Part shown: piece after piece, positions 16,661 to 20,000 of the stretch
Numbering within the stretch: the stretch's first letter is position 1
Layout: every line of letters starts with the position of its first letter
Source: an uncultured Gemmatimonadota bacterium
GTDB taxonomy: Bacteria > Blakebacterota > Blakebacteria > Blakebacterales > Blakebacteraceae
Assembly: GCA_964576115.1 (NCBI GenBank)
Contig: CAZNUA010000013.1
Span: 52,258 to 72,257, forward strand
DNA length: 20,000 bases
Direction of reading: 5' to 3'
The notes under the pieces: generated by a model
The model's database searches: none
What the model saw: the letters and a program-made list of their open reading frames with translations, nothing else
What the model was told of the DNA's origin: nothing
Made by a program: the position numbers and the translations under genes

Positions 16661-16702
16661 CTATCGGTTTCCGATACGAACTTCTATCGGTTTCCGATAC
16701 GA
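16661..16702. promoter_or_regulatory. Two identical tandem palindromes (candidate PadR-2 operators)
   Basis: CTATCGGTTTCCGATACGA at 16661-16679 and 16684-16702 (19/19). Each contains the perfect 6-3-6 palindrome TATCGG-TTT-CCGATA; the period is 23 bp and the first copy abuts the PadR RBS. Confidence 0.75.
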
Positions 16703-16751
16703 GAGATCGGGCAGGGTTGTTTCATTCCGGAGAGGATTTCGTCGTCGGGCG

Positions 16752-17333
16752 TTACCGGTTTCCCGGCGGACCGCATGTCGCCGGCTTTTCTCCCGGCTCA
16801 TAGACGATCAGATGGCCCTGTATCCAGGCGCCCTCTTCCCGGTGGTAGAAGCGGTCTTCGAGGGTGCCGTCGGGTGTGACGGTGAAGGTGTACCGGTACT
16901 CGGTCACCGGATCGTCATAGTGATTGACGCCCTCCTGGATGATCAGCCCGTTCTCGGCCCGGACGATCCCGGTGCTGATCTGTCCACTGTTGGTCTGGGT
17001 CAGGTAGGACACGTTCCCGGCCTGCGGATCCCAGACATAGATGGTTTCCATGCGGAAATCGGCCGCTTCCACATCCTTGACCATACGGATGGCGTGGCCG
17101 TCCAGGATCGGCTCCCAGCGGATGACGTGATCGAAGGAGGGGCCGGGGGGTTCGAACCGCCCGGTCCAGGTCGTTCCCAACAGCGGGGACAGAAACTGCA
17201 GCTGCTCGACCGGTTCCTGGATTGCTCCATCCGCCTGTCTGAAGGCGCAGAGGAACAGAGCACCCGCAAGCAGGGCGGGCAGGATCAGAACGGGTACGCA
17301 CCGGAGCGTCGATTGCGGTCGTCTGGCTGGCAT
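16752..17333 (-). CDS. Hypothetical secreted protein (beta-rich, possibly lipocalin-like)
   Basis: Hydrophobic N-terminal segment, then LQFLSPLLGTTWTGRF and beta-strand-rich sequence; it fills the gap between PadR-2 and the K+ channel gene. Confidence 0.65.
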   Translation of the reverse strand: MPARRPQSTLRCVPVLILPALLAGALFLCAFRQADGAIQEPVEQLQFLSPLLGTTWTGRFEPPGPSFDHVIRWEPILDGHAIRMVKDVEAADFRMETIYVWDPQAGNVSYLTQTNSGQISTGIVRAENGLIIQEGVNHYDDPVTEYRYTFTVTPDGTLEDRFYHREEGAWIQGHLIVYEPGEKPATCGPPGNR

Positions 17334-17437
17334 GAGCGGGCCTTTGTTCTTGTTCCTGTAGCAGGCAATCGTTCGTGGGGAGTCTGTCTTTTCTATACGT
17401 TAGCGATTGAAAGCTGGTTGACTGTTTGATACCCCGA

Positions 17438-17467
17438 TTGCCCCCGAGGGTCTGAAGCAGGTACACT
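17438..17467 (+). promoter_or_regulatory. Possible sigma70-type promoter for the K+ channel gene
   Basis: TTGCCC (17438-17443), 18-nt spacer, TACACT (17462-17467); a weak consensus match only. Confidence 0.25.
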
Positions 17468-17555
17468 CGAATCAGGTGTCGGCCCGGCTGAAACGCTCGG
17501 TTGGATCGGGCCGTGGCAGTTGCATTATCATCTCTGAGGACCGGATACCCGTTCG

Positions 17556-18638
17556 ATGAGCAAACGCCCCCGATCGCGAGCCCTGCGGAGCCTGGACTTC
17601 GGCCTGATCAACGCCGAATACCGGCGCATCCGCCGCCGGCTCGAACTGGCCCTGCTGGCCCTGATCCTGATCGTGGCGGTGGGTGTGATCGGGTATACGG
17701 TCATCGGCAGCGGCGAGTATTCCCTGATCGATACCCTCTATATGACCATCATCACGCTGACCACCGTCGGTTTCGGCGAGATCATCGATCTCTCCGCCGA
17801 TCCGGCCGGACGGATCTTCACGATCGTCCTGCTCATCGGCGGTATGGGGATCTTCGCCTACACCATGCTGACCCTGGCGACCTTCGTGATCGAGGGGCAC
17901 GTCCGCCATATCTTCGCCCGGCGGCAGATGCTCAGGAGGATTGCACGAATGGAGAACCACTACATCATCTGCGGTGACTCGGTAGTGCTCTGGTATATCA
18001 CCGAAGAGCTGATGAAGACGGGCCGCAGGGTCGTGCTTGTGGCGCCCACCCAGAGCTTTCTCGACGAGTCCGCCGAACGGCTCGGCGACGTGCCGGGGAT
18101 CGTCGGCGACCCGACCGACGACCACGTCCTGCTGGGGGCCGAACTGCTGCTGGCCGCCGGGATCGTTTTCTGCATGGAGAATGACAAGGACAACATGTTG
18201 GGGGTGCTGACCGCCCGCCGTCTGGCCTCCGACGTGCGCATCATCGCTTCGACCGAACTGCCCGAAACGATCGCCAAGCTCAAAGCGGCCGGGGCCGATT
18301 CGGTCGTGAGCCCGAGCCATATCGGCGGCCTGCGGATGGCATCCGAACTCATCCGCCCGGCCGCGGTGACCTTCCTTGACCAGATGCTGCGGGTCGGCGG
18401 AGGCAGCCTGCGGGTTGAGGAATTGGTGGTACCGGCCGATTCCCCCCGTATCGGTCAGACGATCTCCGCCATCGGAGTGGAGCGGGAATCGGCCGTCCTG
18501 CTGGCCCTCAGCCGTCGGGGGGCGCGGGAGCCGGAGTTCAAACCCGACCCCGGGACCGCTCTGGAGGCGGGCATGACCCTGATCGTCATGTCCGATGTCG
18601 AGGGACGCACCCGGATCGAAGAGCGATTGCGGACCTGA
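17556..18638 (+). CDS. Potassium channel family protein (2-TM pore + RCK_N/TrkA-N + RCK_C)
   Basis: SLIDTLYMTIITLTTVGFGE pore helix and selectivity filter, GRIFTIVLLIGG, NHYIICG, GDPTDDHVL, KLKAAGADSVVSP, and a C-terminal TrkA-C-like domain. Confidence 0.9.
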   Translation: MSKRPRSRALRSLDFGLINAEYRRIRRRLELALLALILIVAVGVIGYTVIGSGEYSLIDTLYMTIITLTTVGFGEIIDLSADPAGRIFTIVLLIGGMGIFAYTMLTLATFVIEGHVRHIFARRQMLRRIARMENHYIICGDSVVLWYITEELMKTGRRVVLVAPTQSFLDESAERLGDVPGIVGDPTDDHVLLGAELLLAAGIVFCMENDKDNMLGVLTARRLASDVRIIASTELPETIAKLKAAGADSVVSPSHIGGLRMASELIRPAAVTFLDQMLRVGGGSLRVEELVVPADSPRIGQTISAIGVERESAVLLALSRRGAREPEFKPDPGTALEAGMTLIVMSDVEGRTRIEERLRT

Positions 18639-18657
18639 GAAGGTCCTGCTCAACCCG

Positions 18658-19908
18658 TTACCGGGGGTAGACGAGATCCTCCGGAATCGGGATGATCTCG
18701 TAGATGATGAAACTCACCTCGCCGGTCTCCTCATCCGACTGTTGAGTGAGCAATTTTCCACGTGACACCGTTCCCCTGTGCAACTGGGTGGAATCCCCGA
18801 GGTACTCGCCCTCGGGGTTCAGCACCCGGAAGACAGGGTAGTATTTCTTTTCCGGTTCCCAGTCGGCGTATACCTCCGGTTTCCTCAGCCACAGGTAACC
18901 GTCTTCATCGACGCTGATGCTCGCCCAGAAGGGATGGTAGTCGGCGAACTCGAGGTTTTTCAGCAACGTCTCCTGGAGTTCCCGCGTCTGCTCGTTCTCG
19001 GAGATATCGCGGTAGTATTCATACCGTTGGCGTGTCGTCAGCCGGTCGCTGTCGGTAACCGGCACCCGTTCCCAGTCCAGACGCATGATCCGCGACGGCG
19101 AGCCGGTGGTGTCGAACCAGCGCAGTTCGGGGCATGAGGAATCCCAGCAGAGGATACCCCACCCGGATTCGTACTGGACCCGGGCGCGCGAACTGAAGGT
19201 GACAGGATTCTGATACAGGATATTCCCGCTCTGTCGCATCCGGCCCTCCTCGTTCCACCCGCCGATGACCGTACCCGCCGTATCCCCGGCAGCACCGAGG
19301 ATCTGGCAGCGATACCGGGAGCGCAACTGCGTGAGATCGGTACGATCAGTTTCGCGACTGACGACCAGTTTCTTTCCCCCGGGCAGGGGATGGAGGGCTG
19401 TTACCGAAAGATCGGTGAAGGTCAGGGAGACGTACTCCCGAAAGATACCATCGAGACCAAAACGGGTGGTCCGCCGGTTGTTACGGTCGAATACCAGAAG
19501 ACCTTCCTGATCGACGGTCATGATGTGCGGTGATCGGAATTCGCCGGGACCATCCCCGGCCCTTCCAAAGCCGAAGAAGTACTTCCCCTGCGAACCGAAC
19601 ACGGCGATCCGACCGTTCCCGATGTCGGTGACGTAATACCGGCCGTCGGGACCGCAGGTCTGCAGGCTGGCCCGGTAGAGGATCGTCTCCTCGCGCGATT
19701 CATCCTGCTCCAGCCGGCAGACCTCCTCGTAGGTGAAGAGCTCCCCCTCATAGAGCGGAGCTCCTTCCGAGAACGAGACCGGGATCCCGTTCTCCGCAAA
19801 GGTGGTGAAGCGGTGGGCGGAGGGACCGTCGTCGGAGCGCGAGCAGGCTGGCGCGATATGTGCGATCGCCATCAGGATTGTGAAAAGGAGGGCCTGAAAA
19901 CGGCGCAT
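18658..19908 (-). CDS. 6-bladed beta-propeller (NHL-like) lipoprotein
   Basis: Possible lipobox APAC, GRYYVTDIGNGRIAVF, FGRAGDGPGEFRSP, SVDEDGYLWL and VLNPEGEYLG. GGAGG RBS at 19915-19919. Confidence 0.8.
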   Translation of the reverse strand: MRRFQALLFTILMAIAHIAPACSRSDDGPSAHRFTTFAENGIPVSFSEGAPLYEGELFTYEEVCRLEQDESREETILYRASLQTCGPDGRYYVTDIGNGRIAVFGSQGKYFFGFGRAGDGPGEFRSPHIMTVDQEGLLVFDRNNRRTTRFGLDGIFREYVSLTFTDLSVTALHPLPGGKKLVVSRETDRTDLTQLRSRYRCQILGAAGDTAGTVIGGWNEEGRMRQSGNILYQNPVTFSSRARVQYESGWGILCWDSSCPELRWFDTTGSPSRIMRLDWERVPVTDSDRLTTRQRYEYYRDISENEQTRELQETLLKNLEFADYHPFWASISVDEDGYLWLRKPEVYADWEPEKKYYPVFRVLNPEGEYLGDSTQLHRGTVSRGKLLTQQSDEETGEVSFIIYEIIPIPEDLVYPR

Positions 19909-20000
19909 GTCATGCCTCCCTGAAATATACGGGGTGAAGAGGTTCGATATCTGACTCAGGGACGAGCGAGGACAGGGGGCGTTTATCCGATCGGGAACAG

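Noticed and set aside
16661-16702. Palindromic repeat pair as a mini-CRISPR array
   Set aside because: There are only two 19-bp copies with a 4-nt spacer and no cas genes; the position next to an RBS fits an operator.
17470-17555. c-di-AMP (ydaO) riboswitch upstream of the K+ channel
   Set aside because: Only one GC-rich hairpin is present (CGGCCCGG 17480-17487 / TCGGGCCG 17506-17513). The leader is short and I could not find the other conserved riboswitch segments; an Infernal search would settle it.
173-19799. Many long alternative-frame and antisense ORFs (e.g. 3674-4945, 7521-8744, 8993-10453, 14567-16531, 14893-16419, 17472-18653)
   Set aside because: They are Arg/Pro/Gly-rich or antisense shadows that overlap well-supported genes, which is expected in high-GC DNA, and they show no recognisable motifs.

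Overview
High-GC bacterial chromosomal window, probably from a diderm (it encodes an outer-membrane beta-barrel, lipoproteins and a Tat substrate). The PadR/ADOP cassettes and 6-bladed propeller suggest an Acidobacteriota/Gemmatimonadota/Latescibacterota-like lineage, which is inference only. From left to right: (1) the 3' end of a probable PocR-domain regulator and a sulfur-handling operon (type III-like SQR, DUF1641, single-Cys TusE/DsrC-family carrier, DsrE-like protein); (2) a 170-bp element with perfect 13-bp terminal inverted repeats and nested stems (MITE-like or structured RNA), an AT-rich palindromic operator-like patch, and an OM beta-barrel gene whose 3' end is duplicated; (3) PadR + ADOP orphan permease cassette 1; (4) a DUF1846 gene that appears to start at a non-canonical ATT codon, followed by a DUF6599-like lipoprotein, a Tat-exported DUF362 protein and an LVIVD-repeat protein interrupted by a 100-N scaffold gap; (5) PadR + ADOP + secreted TPR cassette 2, preceded by two identical tandem palindromes; (6) a secreted hypothetical protein, a 2-TM K+ channel with a degenerate RCK nucleotide-binding motif, and a 6-bladed beta-propeller lipoprotein. 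No rRNA, tRNA, CRISPR array or transposase was seen. All family calls come from motif recognition, not database searches.
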